DNA of 32,000 nt from Rhodomicrobium sp. R_RK_3 (GTDB taxonomy: Bacteria; Pseudomonadota; Alphaproteobacteria; Rhizobiales; Rhodomicrobiaceae): contig NZ_MWLK01000037.1 of NCBI RefSeq assembly GCF_002198715.1, positions 1 through 32,000 on the forward strand, given 5' to 3'. Under the pieces are notes generated by a model. That model saw only the letters and a list, made by a program, of their open reading frames with translations, was not told where the DNA came from and did no database searches. Made by a program: the position numbers and the translations under genes. Of this stretch, positions 22,763-32,000 are shown one piece after another (position 1 is the first letter of the stretch; each line of letters begins with the position of its first letter).

Positions 22763-24751
22763 ATGATCGTTGAAATCGGCCATTTCGCTCTCATTCTCGC
22801 CTTTGCCGTCGCCTGTCTGCAGACGGGCTCGGTGGCCTGGAGCATGTGGTCGGGCGATGACGAGCCGCGCGGCATCGCCGCCCCCGCCGCGCTGGCGCAA
22901 TGCGCGCTGCTGGCATTGTCCTTCTGGGCGCTGATCTGGTGCTATGTCGTCTCCGATTTCTCGGTGCAGAACGTCTTCGCCAATTCCCACGCCGATAAAC
23001 CGCTGATCTACAAAATCTCCGGCGCCTGGGGCAATCATGAAGGCTCGATGCTGCTCTGGGTGCTGATCCTGGCCATTTTCGGCGCGGCGGTCGCGGCCTT
23101 CGGCAACAATCTGCCGGCGCGGCTGAAATCCAACGTGCTGGCGGTGCAAGGCTCGATCGGCATCGCCTTCCTCGCCTTCATCATCGTCACTTCGAACCCG
23201 TTTACCCGCATCTGGCCGGCGCCCTTCGAGGGCCAGGGGCTGAACCCGATCCTGCAAGACCCCGCCTTGGCGATCCATCCGCCGCTGCTCTATACGGGCT
23301 ATGTCGGTTTCTCGATGGCCTTCTCCTTCGCCATCGCCGCCTTGATGGAAGGCCATATCGGCGCTGCTTGGGCGCGCTGGGTGCGGCCCTGGACGCTCGC
23401 CGCCTGGATGTTCCTCACCGTCGGCATCGCCATGGGCTCCTGGTGGGCCTATTACGAGCTCGGCTGGGGCGGCTGGTGGTTCTGGGACCCGGTGGAGAAC
23501 GCCTCCTTCATGCCCTGGCTCGCGGGCACGGCTTTGCTGCATTCCGCCGTGGTGATGGAGAAGCGCGACGCGCTGAAAGTGTGGACCATCCTGCTGGCCA
23601 TCGTCACCTTCGCGCTCAGCCTGATGGGGACGTTCCTGGTCCGCTCCGGCGTGCTGACCTCCGTCCATGCCTTCGCCGTCGATCCGGCGCGCGGCGTCTT
23701 CATCCTCGCCATCCTCGGCATCTTCACCGGCGGGGGCCTTGCGCTTTTCGCATGGCGCGCGCCGCAACTGCGGCAAGGCGCGCTGTTCGCGCCGGTCTCG
23801 CGCGAAGGCAGCCTGGTCTTCAACAATCTGCTGCTGATGACGATCTGCGCCGCCGTGCTGATCGGCACGCTCTACCCGTTGGCCCTGGAATCGATCACCG
23901 GCGACAAGATCTCGGTCGGGCCGCCCTATTTCAATTCGGTCTTCGTGCCGCTGACGCTGATCCTGCTCATCACGCTGCCCTTTGGCCCGCTGCTGCCGTG
24001 GAAGCGCGGCAATCTGCGTGAAGCCGCCCGGCGGCTGAGCGTTGCGGGCGCCTTCGCGGTGACGGCGGGCATCGTGGCGCTGATCCTCAAGCCGGGCAGC
24101 TCGATGCTCGCGGCGCTCGGCATCGGCGTCGGCGTGTGGCTGATCATGGGCGCGCTGTCGGAGACTGCCTTCCGCGTAAAAGCTTTCGCCGCGCCTTGGC
24201 CGGAAGTGCTGCGCCGGCTGTCGGGCCTGCCGCGCTCCAGCATCGGCGGCATGATCGCGCATCTGGGCGTCGGGGTCGCCGTGCTCGGGATCACCGCGAC
24301 CAGCGCCTGGCGCGTCGAGCACATCCAGGCGATGAAGCCGGGCGACCGCATCGCCTTCGCCGGCTATGAGGTGCTGTTCGAAAAGGTCGCCGCCCAGCAA
24401 GGGCCGAACTACCAGGAAACCTTCGGCGATTTCGAGCTGAGCCGTGGCGGCAAGCCGATCGTCGAACTCGCGCCGTCCAAGCGCCAGTACACCGCCCCAC
24501 CGACCGGCACCAGCGAGGCCGCCATCCATGCGAGCTGGGCAGGCGATTTCTATCTGGTCATGGGCGACGCGGCCAAGGACGGCTCGTCCGTGGCCGTGCG
24601 GATGTACTTCAACCCGCTGGTCCGGCTGATCTGGATCGGCGCGGTCATCATGTTCATCGGCGGCGGCGTCTCGCTGAGCGACCGGCGCCTGCGCATCGGC
24701 GCGCCTGCGCGGCGGCGGGCGCCGGCTGAACCTGTCGCCGGTCAAGCGTGA
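22763..24751 (+). CDS. ccmF: haem lyase CcmF (CycK)
   Basis: 662 aa and polytopic. It starts MIVEIGHFAL... and carries the WGGWWFWDPVENASFMPWL tryptophan-rich motif. Confidence 0.95.
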   Translation: MIVEIGHFALILAFAVACLQTGSVAWSMWSGDDEPRGIAAPAALAQCALLALSFWALIWCYVVSDFSVQNVFANSHADKPLIYKISGAWGNHEGSMLLWVLILAIFGAAVAAFGNNLPARLKSNVLAVQGSIGIAFLAFIIVTSNPFTRIWPAPFEGQGLNPILQDPALAIHPPLLYTGYVGFSMAFSFAIAALMEGHIGAAWARWVRPWTLAAWMFLTVGIAMGSWWAYYELGWGGWWFWDPVENASFMPWLAGTALLHSAVVMEKRDALKVWTILLAIVTFALSLMGTFLVRSGVLTSVHAFAVDPARGVFILAILGIFTGGGLALFAWRAPQLRQGALFAPVSREGSLVFNNLLLMTICAAVLIGTLYPLALESITGDKISVGPPYFNSVFVPLTLILLITLPFGPLLPWKRGNLREAARRLSVAGAFAVTAGIVALILKPGSSMLAALGIGVGVWLIMGALSETAFRVKAFAAPWPEVLRRLSGLPRSSIGGMIAHLGVGVAVLGITATSAWRVEHIQAMKPGDRIAFAGYEVLFEKVAAQQGPNYQETFGDFELSRGGKPIVELAPSKRQYTAPPTGTSEAAIHASWAGDFYLVMGDAAKDGSSVAVRMYFNPLVRLIWIGAVIMFIGGGVSLSDRRLRIGAPARRRAPAEPVAGQA

Positions 24752-25224
24752 TGCGGCGCGGTTTACCACTGTCCGTGCTGGTGCTTGTGCTGGCTCTCGC
24801 TTGCGGACCGGCGCGCGCCGTGCAGCCGGACGAAATGCTCTCGGACCCGGCGATGGAGCATAAGGCCCGCGAGATCTCCGCCGAATTGCGCTGCCTCGTC
24901 TGCCAGAACCAGTCCATCGACGATTCCGACGCCCCGCTCGCCCGCGACCTGCGGCTGATCGTGCGCGAACGCCTGAAGGCCGGCGACGACCGCGCGGCGG
25001 TCATCGACTTTGTCGTCGCGCGCTATGGCGAGTTCATCCTGCTGCGGCCCAGGCTGACGGCAAAGACGGTGCTGCTGTGGCTCGCGCCGCTGCTGCTGCT
25101 CATCGGCGGCGGCTTTCTGGCCTACCGCCTCTTCCGCCGCCCCCGCGCGGAGGTGATGGCCGCTCCCGCGCCCCTCAGCGACGCAGAACGCGAAAAACTG
25201 CGCGGCATCCTCGGCAAGGGATAG
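24748..25224 (+). CDS. ccmH: cytochrome c-type biogenesis protein CcmH (CycL)
   Basis: LRCLVCQNQSIDDSDAPLARDLR carries the CXXC motif. There is a C-terminal TM. The start is GTG 24748 or ATG 24751, overlapping the ccmF stop. Confidence 0.9.
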   Translation: MMRRGLPLSVLVLVLALACGPARAVQPDEMLSDPAMEHKAREISAELRCLVCQNQSIDDSDAPLARDLRLIVRERLKAGDDRAAVIDFVVARYGEFILLRPRLTAKTVLLWLAPLLLLIGGGFLAYRLFRRPRAEVMAAPAPLSDAEREKLRGILGKG

Positions 25225-25251
25225 CGTCTCCAGGCACGGTCTTGGTCCAGG

Positions 25252-27345
25252 CTACCGGCTCTCCCGGAACCAGGTCAGCATGATCATGCCGAGGAACAAG
25301 GCGAGCGCCAGATAGCCCGACAGCAGCGGCGTATATTGCACGCCGCGCACCACATAGGCCTCGCGGTCCTTCAGGCCGAGCCAGTTCTGGCCGTGGTAGC
25401 GCGTGGCGGATTGCAGCATGGCGAGACGCGGCAGGTCGCGGGCGGCGGCGCCGTTGGTGCCGCCCATCCAGAACTGGCCGCCGCCGGTCGCGTCGGCGAT
25501 CGGGCGGATCGGCTCGTCGGTCGCGGCGACCTTGGAGAATTCCCGGCTGTTGGCCGCGCCGACCAGCGCGACCGCCGTCAATTCGTCCATGGCGATCTTG
25601 TGCAGGCCCGGCTCGGTCGCGGTCAGGCGGCCGCGCCACAGACCCGGCCCGACCTTTTCCATCGGCACGGTGACGCTCTTGTCGGTCGGGGTCGTGACGG
25701 TGGCCTCGCCGACCTCGTCCTTCATGCTGCGGCGCTCGAGCACGATGCCCTGCCGGTCGGCGGTGGCCTTCAGATATTCCTCTTCGAGATCGGGCTCCTT
25801 CATCAGCCAGTGCGACAGGCGGCGCAGCAGGTCGGAATGCGGGCCGCCGCCTTCATAGCCGCGCGCCCAGAGCCAGACGTGGTCTGACAGGAAGGTCGCC
25901 ACCCTGCCCTTGCCGCGCCGCGACAGGATCAGGAGCGGCGCCTTGTCCGGCCCGTCCATGACGACATTGCCTTCCAGCGCGGTGGATTCGACGGCGCGGA
26001 ACCAGCGGCCCCAATGCGGCTCCTCCTCGGGCGTGACGTTGGCGCCCGGCAGGCCAGCCGTTACCGGGTGGCGCTCGCCGATCTCGGTGACCTTCGGGCG
26101 GAAAGGCTGCTCGATGGTGCGCCCGGTCGGCTGGGCGGGCAGCACGTCGCCGAGCGGCGTGCGGAACAGGCTGACATCGCCGGCATAGTCGGAACCCGCC
26201 GCGACCAGCACGGCGCCGCCGTCCTCGACATAGCGGGCGACATTGTCGAGATAGATCAGCGGAAGGACGCCGCGGCGCTGATAGCGGTCGAAGATGATCA
26301 GGTCGAATTCGGACAGCTTTTCGGAAAACAACTCGCGGGTCGGGAAGGCGATCAGCGAGAGCTGGTTGATCGGCGTGCCGTCCTGCTTTTCCGGCGGGCG
26401 CAAAATGGTGAAATGCACCAGATCCACGGAAGCGTCGGAGCGCAGGAGGTTGCGCCAGGTGCGCTCGCCCGCGTGGGGCTCGCCCGAGACCAGCAGCACC
26501 CGCAGATTTTCGCGCACGCCCTCGGCCTGCAGCGCGACGCGGTTATTGGCCAGAGTCAGCTCGCCGTCCTCGCCCGCCAGTTCGACCTCCATCAGGGTGG
26601 TGCCGGCATGGGGGAAGGGGAAGGGCAGCTTGACGACATCGCCATAGGGGACGCTCAGCGTCTCCTCGGTCTGGTCGGCGCGGCGGACGCGCAGGATGGC
26701 GGGATGCGAGGCGCCGTCCTTGCGGCTGGTCACGGCGCGCAGCTCGACCGTCTGCTCGCTGCCGACGAGGCCGAAGCGGGGCGCTGAGATCACCTCCAGC
26801 CGGTTGTCGAATTCATTGGGCGTGCCGACGATCAGCGCATGCACCGGCGCGTCGAAGCCGAGCTTCTTCACTTCGGTGGGCACGTCGTGGATCTGACCGT
26901 CGGTCAGCATGACGACGCCGGCGAGGCGTTCGGCGGGGATGTCGGACAAAGCGCGGTTGAGATCGGCGAAGAGCGTGGTTTCCTCGGCGCTCGAGGAGGT
27001 GCCGCCTGAGCTTTCCACCCAGCGCACTTCAAGCTGATCGAGCGAGCCGAAGCGCGTTGCAAGCTGGCTGCGGATTTCAGCCGTGCGCTGCTCGCGGCCG
27101 GCGATGCGCTGGCTGGCGCTCTGGTCCACCATCACCACGGCGATATTGGCGAGCTTCTCGCGTTCCTCTTCCTTGAGATTCGGATTGGCGAGCGCCAGGA
27201 TCAGCAAAGCGAGGCTGCCGACGCGCAAAAGCGTGCCGCGCCGTCCCCGCCAGATCAGCACCAGCGTGATCAGCAGGCCGACGATGCCGGCGCCGACCAG
27301 ATAGGGGATCGGCAAGAAGGGCAGAAACTCGATGGTCCAGTTCAT
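25252..27345 (-). CDS. membrane protein with vWA-like (MIDAS DxSxS) and class-I glutamine-amidotransferase-like regions; last gene of the MoxR/DUF58/BatA-like operon
   Basis: 697 aa with N-terminal TM pair and C-terminal TM. IAVVMVDQSASQ fits a D-x-S-x-S MIDAS motif. The middle region LRVLLVSGEPHAGERTWRNLL...FDLIIFD resembles the ThuA/GATase1-like fold. Domain calls are motif-level. Confidence 0.75.
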   Translation of the reverse strand: MNWTIEFLPFLPIPYLVGAGIVGLLITLVLIWRGRRGTLLRVGSLALLILALANPNLKEEEREKLANIAVVMVDQSASQRIAGREQRTAEIRSQLATRFGSLDQLEVRWVESSGGTSSSAEETTLFADLNRALSDIPAERLAGVVMLTDGQIHDVPTEVKKLGFDAPVHALIVGTPNEFDNRLEVISAPRFGLVGSEQTVELRAVTSRKDGASHPAILRVRRADQTEETLSVPYGDVVKLPFPFPHAGTTLMEVELAGEDGELTLANNRVALQAEGVRENLRVLLVSGEPHAGERTWRNLLRSDASVDLVHFTILRPPEKQDGTPINQLSLIAFPTRELFSEKLSEFDLIIFDRYQRRGVLPLIYLDNVARYVEDGGAVLVAAGSDYAGDVSLFRTPLGDVLPAQPTGRTIEQPFRPKVTEIGERHPVTAGLPGANVTPEEEPHWGRWFRAVESTALEGNVVMDGPDKAPLLILSRRGKGRVATFLSDHVWLWARGYEGGGPHSDLLRRLSHWLMKEPDLEEEYLKATADRQGIVLERRSMKDEVGEATVTTPTDKSVTVPMEKVGPGLWRGRLTATEPGLHKIAMDELTAVALVGAANSREFSKVAATDEPIRPIADATGGGQFWMGGTNGAAARDLPRLAMLQSATRYHGQNWLGLKDREAYVVRGVQYTPLLSGYLALALFLGMIMLTWFRESR

Positions 27346-27363
27346 TCAATAACCTTCACTCTG

Positions 27364-27440
27364 GTCATCCCCGCGGCAGGCGGAGATCCAGCATTTTCAG
27401 GCGTCCGTTGCTCGCGGGTCCCCGCCTGAGCGGGGACGGC
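27364..27440. repeat. REP-like element related to the 'GTCATTCCCGCGAAGGCGGGAATCCAG' family (copy III, divergent) plus adjacent hairpin
   Basis: GTCATCCCCGCGGCAGGCGGAGATCCAG (27364-27391), then hairpin TCCCCGC-ctga-GCGGGGA (27420-27437). It sits in the 103-bp gap between two - strand operon genes. Confidence 0.5.
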
Positions 27441-27448
27441 AAATGCCG

Positions 27449-30322
27449 TTACTGGCCCAGCCGCTCCAGGAGCGCCGGGACATGCACCTGATCGGCTTTG
27501 TAATTGCCCGTCAGCGCGTACATCACGATGTTGATGCCGGCGCGATAGGCCATTTCGCGCTGCAGGTCGCCGCCCGGCACGGTTGCGTAAAGCGGCCGGT
27601 TGTCGGAACCGCGCGCCCAGGCGCCAGCGAAATCATTCGAGGTGATCAGGATCGAGCTGACGCCGTCCGCCTTGAGGGCGCGGCGGCCGTCGCCGCTTTC
27701 CTCGGGCGCGCGCGCCTCGACCCAGAGCGTGCCGCCATCCCAGCGGCCCGGAAAGCCGTTCAGCAGATAGAAGGCCTTGGTCAGCACATGCCCCTCGGGC
27801 ACAGGCTCCAGGCGCGGCGTGTCGAGCTTGCCGATCAGATTGGCGAGCGCCGGCGACTGGCCGGGAATGCCGCCGCCGAAGCCGGTCGGCATCTGGTAGT
27901 CCTTGGTGTCGAAGACGATCATGCCGCCTTGCTTCATATAGGCATCGACCTTGGCCAGCGTCGCGTCCGGCAGCGGCTCGGCATCGGTTCGCACGGGCCA
28001 GTAGAGCAGCGGGAAGAACACCAGCTCGTCGCTATCGACATTGACGCCCATCGGCTCGCCCGGCTCGATGGCGGTGCGCGCGGCGATCACCCGCGACAGG
28101 CCCTGCAGGCCGCGCTGGCTGACTTCATCCAAGGCGGCGTCGCCGGTGATGACGTAAGCGAGCCGTGTCGTCAGCGCCGCCTTCAGCGCAAAATCGTCTG
28201 CGGCGGGATCGGTGGCCTGCGCGAAGGCCGGGCGCGGTGCCGCGACCAGGGCGGCGGCCGCCAGGGCGATGATCGCGATGGCGGCTGCGGCGCGGGCGGC
28301 GCGGCGGCCCTGAAGCAATCCTCCGGACATCATGGCAAGGGTCACGAGTGCATCCACAGCGAAAAATCCAAAAGCTGCAAGGAGAAGCCAGGGCATCAGC
28401 AGCACGGGTTTACGGGCCTCATAGCTGAGCAGATTGGCGCCAAGCCGGGCCGGATCGAGCGGTTTGAGTTCGCTCTCCGGCCGCATGACGTTGAGGGCGC
28501 GGGTGCGGCCCGGCTGCCCGTAGAAGCCGGGCGGGTTGCGCGGGCTGGGGGAGACGCTGTCCGGGTTGGCGGCGGGCAGCGCGTTGGCCGTCACCGGCGG
28601 CTGGCCCATGCGGCCAAAGCCGTCCAGCGTCCGCCACGGAGTGAGGAATGCGGTGCGCGTCGAGGCGTTGATGGCGTTGTCCTTCGAGGCGCCGGTGCCG
28701 CCATCGCCGGCGCCGGCTTCGGGCGCGTCAGCGGCGTTGGACAGCTCGGCGGTGCGGCGGAGCATATCGACGAACAGGCCGGACATCGGCAGGTTCGACC
28801 AGTCGGAATTGGCGGTGATGTGGAACAGCACCAGCCAGCCTTCGCCGAGCTTGGAGGCGGTGACCAGTGGCGTGCCGTCATCGAGCCGGGCCCAAATTTG
28901 GGCGGAGGGCCGCTGTTCGGCGGTCGGATCGGCCAGCACCTGCCGGTTGACCAGCACATCGGCCGGGGCGGTCAGGCCGAAATAGGGGCTTTCCTCTTCG
29001 AACGGGGCGAGCTTTTGCGGCGTGCGCCAGGACAAAGCGCCGCCGAGCGTGCGGCCGCCTTCGCGCAAAGGCACCGGCAGCAGCGCGTCGCCGCCTTTTT
29101 CGAGGCGCGGGCCGGCGAAGCGCAGCAGCATGCCGCCCTTCTCGACCCATTGCGTCAGCCGCGTCTCGGTCTGGCCGATGAGCTGGCCGATATTGGCGAG
29201 GATGACCACGGACGGCTTGCGCTCGAGCAGCGCTTCGCTGGCCCGTTCGATATTGCCGGTCGAGGCGACCATCACCTCGCCATGCGGCGCGAGGGCGCGC
29301 TCGATATAATGCGTCGGCGACAGGAGCGGCTGCGAGGCTTCGCGCGCTTCGCCGGAGATGATGCCGAAGCGCTGCCAGAGCGAGCGCGAGTCGAGCAGAT
29401 AGGCCGCGCCCGAGGAGGCTTCGCGGTCGATCTCCAGGCGCGTGACCTGATTGCGCAATTCCAGCGGCAGGTTGATGACGACTTCGGTCGAGCGCTCGCC
29501 GTCCTTTAGCGCAAAATCGGTTTCGGCGAGGCGCGCGCCGCGTCCGCTCAGCGCCGCGATGCTGCCGACGCGCGGGGCGCCGCCCGGCGTCGTGACGCGC
29601 GCAACGAGCCCTTTCTGGGCGCTGGAATGTCCGGCGAGGCCGAGCGGTTCGCCGCCCGGCGCATCGGCGACGACAGCGAATTCACCACCCGCCGCCACCC
29701 GCTTCAGCGTTGCCGCCAGCGCATCGGCGCCGCCGTCGTCGATGCCGTCGCTCAGCCAGACCACGTCATAGCCCTTGGTGTCGCCGAGCGTCTTGTCGAG
29801 CGCAGCGGCGATCTCGGCGCGGTTGCCGGCATAGGGCATGGGGACGAGGCTGCTCGCCCGCTCGCGCGCCTTGACCGGCGTCATCGGTTCGAGCGACACG
29901 GCCGAGCCCACATCCGCCGTGGCGACAATCCCGACCGCCTGGCTGTTGCTCTCGGCCCGCTGCAAAAGCGAGGACAGCATATTCTGGCGCTCCGGCCAGC
30001 GGCTCGCCGAGGCCCAGCCATTGTCGACGACGATCAGCAGGTTGCGGCTGGCGCCGGCGGTCTCCTTCTGCGGATTGTAGACGGGACCGGCGAGCGCGCC
30101 GATGATCAGCGCCGCGATCAGGATCCGGAGCGCCGTCAGCCACCAAGGGCTGCGCGAAGGGGTTTCCTCCTGCGAGCGCAGGCCGAGCAGCAGGCGGATC
30201 GGCGGGAAGGCGATCTCGACCGGGCGCGGCGGGGTGAAGCGCAGCAGCCACCAGATCACCGGCAGGGCGACGAGGCCCGCCAGCATCCAGGGCGTCAGAA
30301 ATCCGATCATGCCGATGGTCAT
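27449..30322 (-). CDS. BatA-type N-terminal double-TM domain plus C-terminal DUF4159 protein
   Basis: 957 aa. The N-terminus FLTPWMLAGLVALPVIWWLLRFTPPRP shows the TIGR02226-like aerotolerance N-terminal pattern. The C-terminus ...LNGFPGRWDGGTLWVE...ILITSNDFAGAWA...EMAYRAGINIVMYALTGNYKADQVHVPALLERLG is DUF4159-like. Confidence 0.85.
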   Translation of the reverse strand: MTIGMIGFLTPWMLAGLVALPVIWWLLRFTPPRPVEIAFPPIRLLLGLRSQEETPSRSPWWLTALRILIAALIIGALAGPVYNPQKETAGASRNLLIVVDNGWASASRWPERQNMLSSLLQRAESNSQAVGIVATADVGSAVSLEPMTPVKARERASSLVPMPYAGNRAEIAAALDKTLGDTKGYDVVWLSDGIDDGGADALAATLKRVAAGGEFAVVADAPGGEPLGLAGHSSAQKGLVARVTTPGGAPRVGSIAALSGRGARLAETDFALKDGERSTEVVINLPLELRNQVTRLEIDREASSGAAYLLDSRSLWQRFGIISGEAREASQPLLSPTHYIERALAPHGEVMVASTGNIERASEALLERKPSVVILANIGQLIGQTETRLTQWVEKGGMLLRFAGPRLEKGGDALLPVPLREGGRTLGGALSWRTPQKLAPFEEESPYFGLTAPADVLVNRQVLADPTAEQRPSAQIWARLDDGTPLVTASKLGEGWLVLFHITANSDWSNLPMSGLFVDMLRRTAELSNAADAPEAGAGDGGTGASKDNAINASTRTAFLTPWRTLDGFGRMGQPPVTANALPAANPDSVSPSPRNPPGFYGQPGRTRALNVMRPESELKPLDPARLGANLLSYEARKPVLLMPWLLLAAFGFFAVDALVTLAMMSGGLLQGRRAARAAAAIAIIALAAAALVAAPRPAFAQATDPAADDFALKAALTTRLAYVITGDAALDEVSQRGLQGLSRVIAARTAIEPGEPMGVNVDSDELVFFPLLYWPVRTDAEPLPDATLAKVDAYMKQGGMIVFDTKDYQMPTGFGGGIPGQSPALANLIGKLDTPRLEPVPEGHVLTKAFYLLNGFPGRWDGGTLWVEARAPEESGDGRRALKADGVSSILITSNDFAGAWARGSDNRPLYATVPGGDLQREMAYRAGINIVMYALTGNYKADQVHVPALLERLGQ

Positions 30323-31296
30323 GAGGCTCCTCCGGCGACGCGCTCATCGTTGACGAGGCCGGATTTCGACGCCGTTCTGGCGCGGTAGCTCGAAGACTGG
30401 CCGGAAAGGCGGGTGTGCAGCGTCAGAAGCGCCTCGCCCGCCGGGCGATCGGTGTGATGCATGAGATAGGACCATTCCAGGCGGCGCGCGAGGCTGACGA
30501 TGGCTTCCTTGTGCAGCCTCAGCCGCTCCCCGTAAGCCTTGCGCAGATCCTCGGCGCGGCCGGCGAGGACACGTTCGCCGCTCTCGATGCCGGAAAATTC
30601 CACGCGGCCATTATAGGGCAGCGTTTCCTCCGCCGGATCGATGATATGGATCAGATGTCCGCGCACGCCCTGTCCGGCGATATATTCGCAGGCCGCCGCC
30701 AATTCTTCCGGCGGATCGAGGAAATCGCTGACCAGGATGCATTCGGAGAAGCGGTTCAGCGGCGGGCGCGGCGGCAGGCTGCCGAAAGCGGCGCCGCTCT
30801 TTTCCTGCTGCGCGATGGAGAGGGCGATGTTCTGGATCACCTTGCGGCCCGAAGCCGGCGGGCTGCCGCCGAGCAGGCCGACGCGCTCGCCGCCCGCCAG
30901 CGCCAATTCGCCGATGGCGAAGGCGAGGATCAGCGCCCGGTCGCGCTTGGGCTCGGGCGCAATATGCGACTGGAACACCATGGAGGGCGACAGGTCGGGC
31001 CAGATGCGCAGCGTGTGCGCCGCTTCCCATTCCCGCTCGCGGATGTAGAGATGGTCGGAGGAGGCTGATCGGCGCCAGTCGATGGCAGGCGCGCTGTCAC
31101 CGGTGGCGTAGTGGCGGAACTGCCAAAATGTCTCGCCGGGCCCTGCACGCCGCCGGCCGTGAATGCCATGCGCCACCGTCTGCGCAACCCGGCTGGCCTC
31201 GACCAATAGAGAGGGCAATCGTTTTGCCAGCGCGTGGGCCGACAATTCCAATTCGTGAGTCGACTTGCCTTCTCTCTGCCCTTGCAATCCTCGCAT
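30319..31296 (-). CDS. DUF58 domain protein (vWA-like)
   Basis: GRRRAGPGETFWQFRHYATGDSAPAIDWRRSASSDHLYIREREWEAAHTLRIWPDLSPSMVF is the DUF58 signature with a D-x-S-x-S motif. Its stop overlaps the downstream start as ATGA (30319-30322 on the - strand). Confidence 0.88.
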   Translation of the reverse strand: MRGLQGQREGKSTHELELSAHALAKRLPSLLVEASRVAQTVAHGIHGRRRAGPGETFWQFRHYATGDSAPAIDWRRSASSDHLYIREREWEAAHTLRIWPDLSPSMVFQSHIAPEPKRDRALILAFAIGELALAGGERVGLLGGSPPASGRKVIQNIALSIAQQEKSGAAFGSLPPRPPLNRFSECILVSDFLDPPEELAAACEYIAGQGVRGHLIHIIDPAEETLPYNGRVEFSGIESGERVLAGRAEDLRKAYGERLRLHKEAIVSLARRLEWSYLMHHTDRPAGEALLTLHTRLSGQSSSYRARTASKSGLVNDERVAGGAS

Positions 31297-31310
31297 CCTC
31301 TAAGTGTCGG

Positions 31311-32000
31311 TTAGCCCAGCGGCTTGGTCAAGCTCGCAACGACGTCGGTGATGGCGACATCGTCGGCACGGGCCGCGAAGGACAGCGCCATGCGGTGTTT
31401 CAGGATCGGCTCGGCGAGCGCCACCACGTCGTCGATGGAGGGCGCGAGGCGGCCGTCGATCAGCGCGCGGGCGCGCACGGCCAGCATCAGCGCCTGGCTG
31501 GCGCGCGGGCCGGGGCCCCAGGCGACATAATTATTGACTCGGTCGCTGGCATCCGGCGTGCCCGGACGGGCGGAGCGGACCAGCTTCAGAATGGCCTCGA
31601 CCACCTGCTCGCCGACCGGAATCTGGCGCACGAGGCGCTGCGCGGCGAGCAATTCCTGCGCCGACAGGATCGGCTGCGGGCGGCGGTCCTCGGTGCCGGT
31701 GGTGGCGAACAGCATCCGCCGCTCGGCGACCATGTCGGGATAGGTGACGTCGATCTGCACCAGGAAGCGGTCGAGCTGGGCCTCGGGAAGCGGGTAAGTG
31801 CCTTCCTGCTCGAGGGGATTCTGCGTCGCCAGGACGTGGAAGGGCGTCGGCACGTCGTAACGGTGGCCGGCGACGGTGACGTGATGTTCCTGCATCGCCT
31901 GCAGCAGCGCGGACTGGGTTTTCGGGCTGGCGCGGTTGATTTCGTCGGCCATCAGCAGTTGCGTGAAGACCGGGCCCTTGATGAAGCGGAAGGAACGCGA
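31311..32000 (-). CDS. MoxR-family AAA+ ATPase, N-terminus beyond window edge
   Basis: The frame is open to nt 32000. ...LLMADEINRASPKTQSALLQAMQEHHVTVAGHRYDVPTPFHVLATQNPLEQEGTYPLPEAQLDRFL carries the Walker B and sensor region of MoxR/AAA_3. Confidence 0.92.
   Translation of the reverse strand, partial: SRSFRFIKGPVFTQLLMADEINRASPKTQSALLQAMQEHHVTVAGHRYDVPTPFHVLATQNPLEQEGTYPLPEAQLDRFLVQIDVTYPDMVAERRMLFATTGTEDRRPQPILSAQELLAAQRLVRQIPVGEQVVEAILKLVRSARPGTPDASDRVNNYVAWGPGPRASQALMLAVRARALIDGRLAPSIDDVVALAEPILKHRMALSFAARADDVAITDVVASLTKPLG

Noticed and set aside
22616-24769. 717-aa ORF on the - strand
   Set aside because: Shadow ORF antisense to ccmF, which carries the unmistakable WGGWWFWDPVEN motif on the + strand. 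The translation is Arg/Asp/Gly-rich and low in complexity.
21189-25224. ccmI-E-F-H cluster as something unusual
   Set aside because: This is the standard cycHJKL-type arrangement of alphaproteobacteria. All motifs are intact and nothing anomalous was seen.
27443-29509. 688-aa ORF on the + strand
   Set aside because: Shadow ORF antisense to the BatA-N/DUF4159 gene. No motifs, and a GC-biased amino-acid composition.

Overview
High-GC alphaproteobacterial chromosomal segment; the intergenic repeat content looks Hyphomicrobiales/Rhizobiales-like. It has three blocks. (1) nt 1-17415 is an intact-looking RcGTA-type gene transfer agent (GTA) head-tail cluster on the + strand. The order is portal (5' end cut by the window), prohead protease, HK97 major capsid, head-tail connector, adaptor, gp10-like, DUF3168, major tail, and a g10/g10.1 chaperone pair. 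That pair is joined by a lambda-type G_GGA_AAG -1 slippery site. Then come a short 193-aa tape measure, DUF2460, DUF2163, NlpC/P60, a 1319-aa host-specificity protein and DUF2793. A contiguous lysis cassette follows directly: holin-like, GH108 endolysin, holin-like, and an overlapped i-/o-spanin-like pair. The cluster is unusually interrupted. It carries a DUF2798 membrane 'moron' with its own promoter-like site and a 150-bp tandem duplication, and a 0.5-kb non-coding spacer between protease and capsid. It also carries a 0.4-kb AT-rich hairpin-dense island between capsid and connector, and two families of intergenic repeats, including a ~105-bp double-hairpin element in four copies. (2) nt 17550-21090 is an envelope module: SleB-like hydrolase, PepSY protein, OmpR-type response regulator, sensor kinase, glycine-zipper lipoprotein and a clean intrinsic terminator. 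(3) nt 21189-25224 holds cytochrome c maturation genes ccmI-E-F-H. Convergent to it on the - strand (25252-32000) is a MoxR ATPase / DUF58 / BatA-N+DUF4159 / vWA-membrane protein operon of unknown function. No tRNA, rRNA, CRISPR array, integrase or transposase gene was recognised. Many long ORFs in the track are GC-driven shadow ORFs antisense to real genes.
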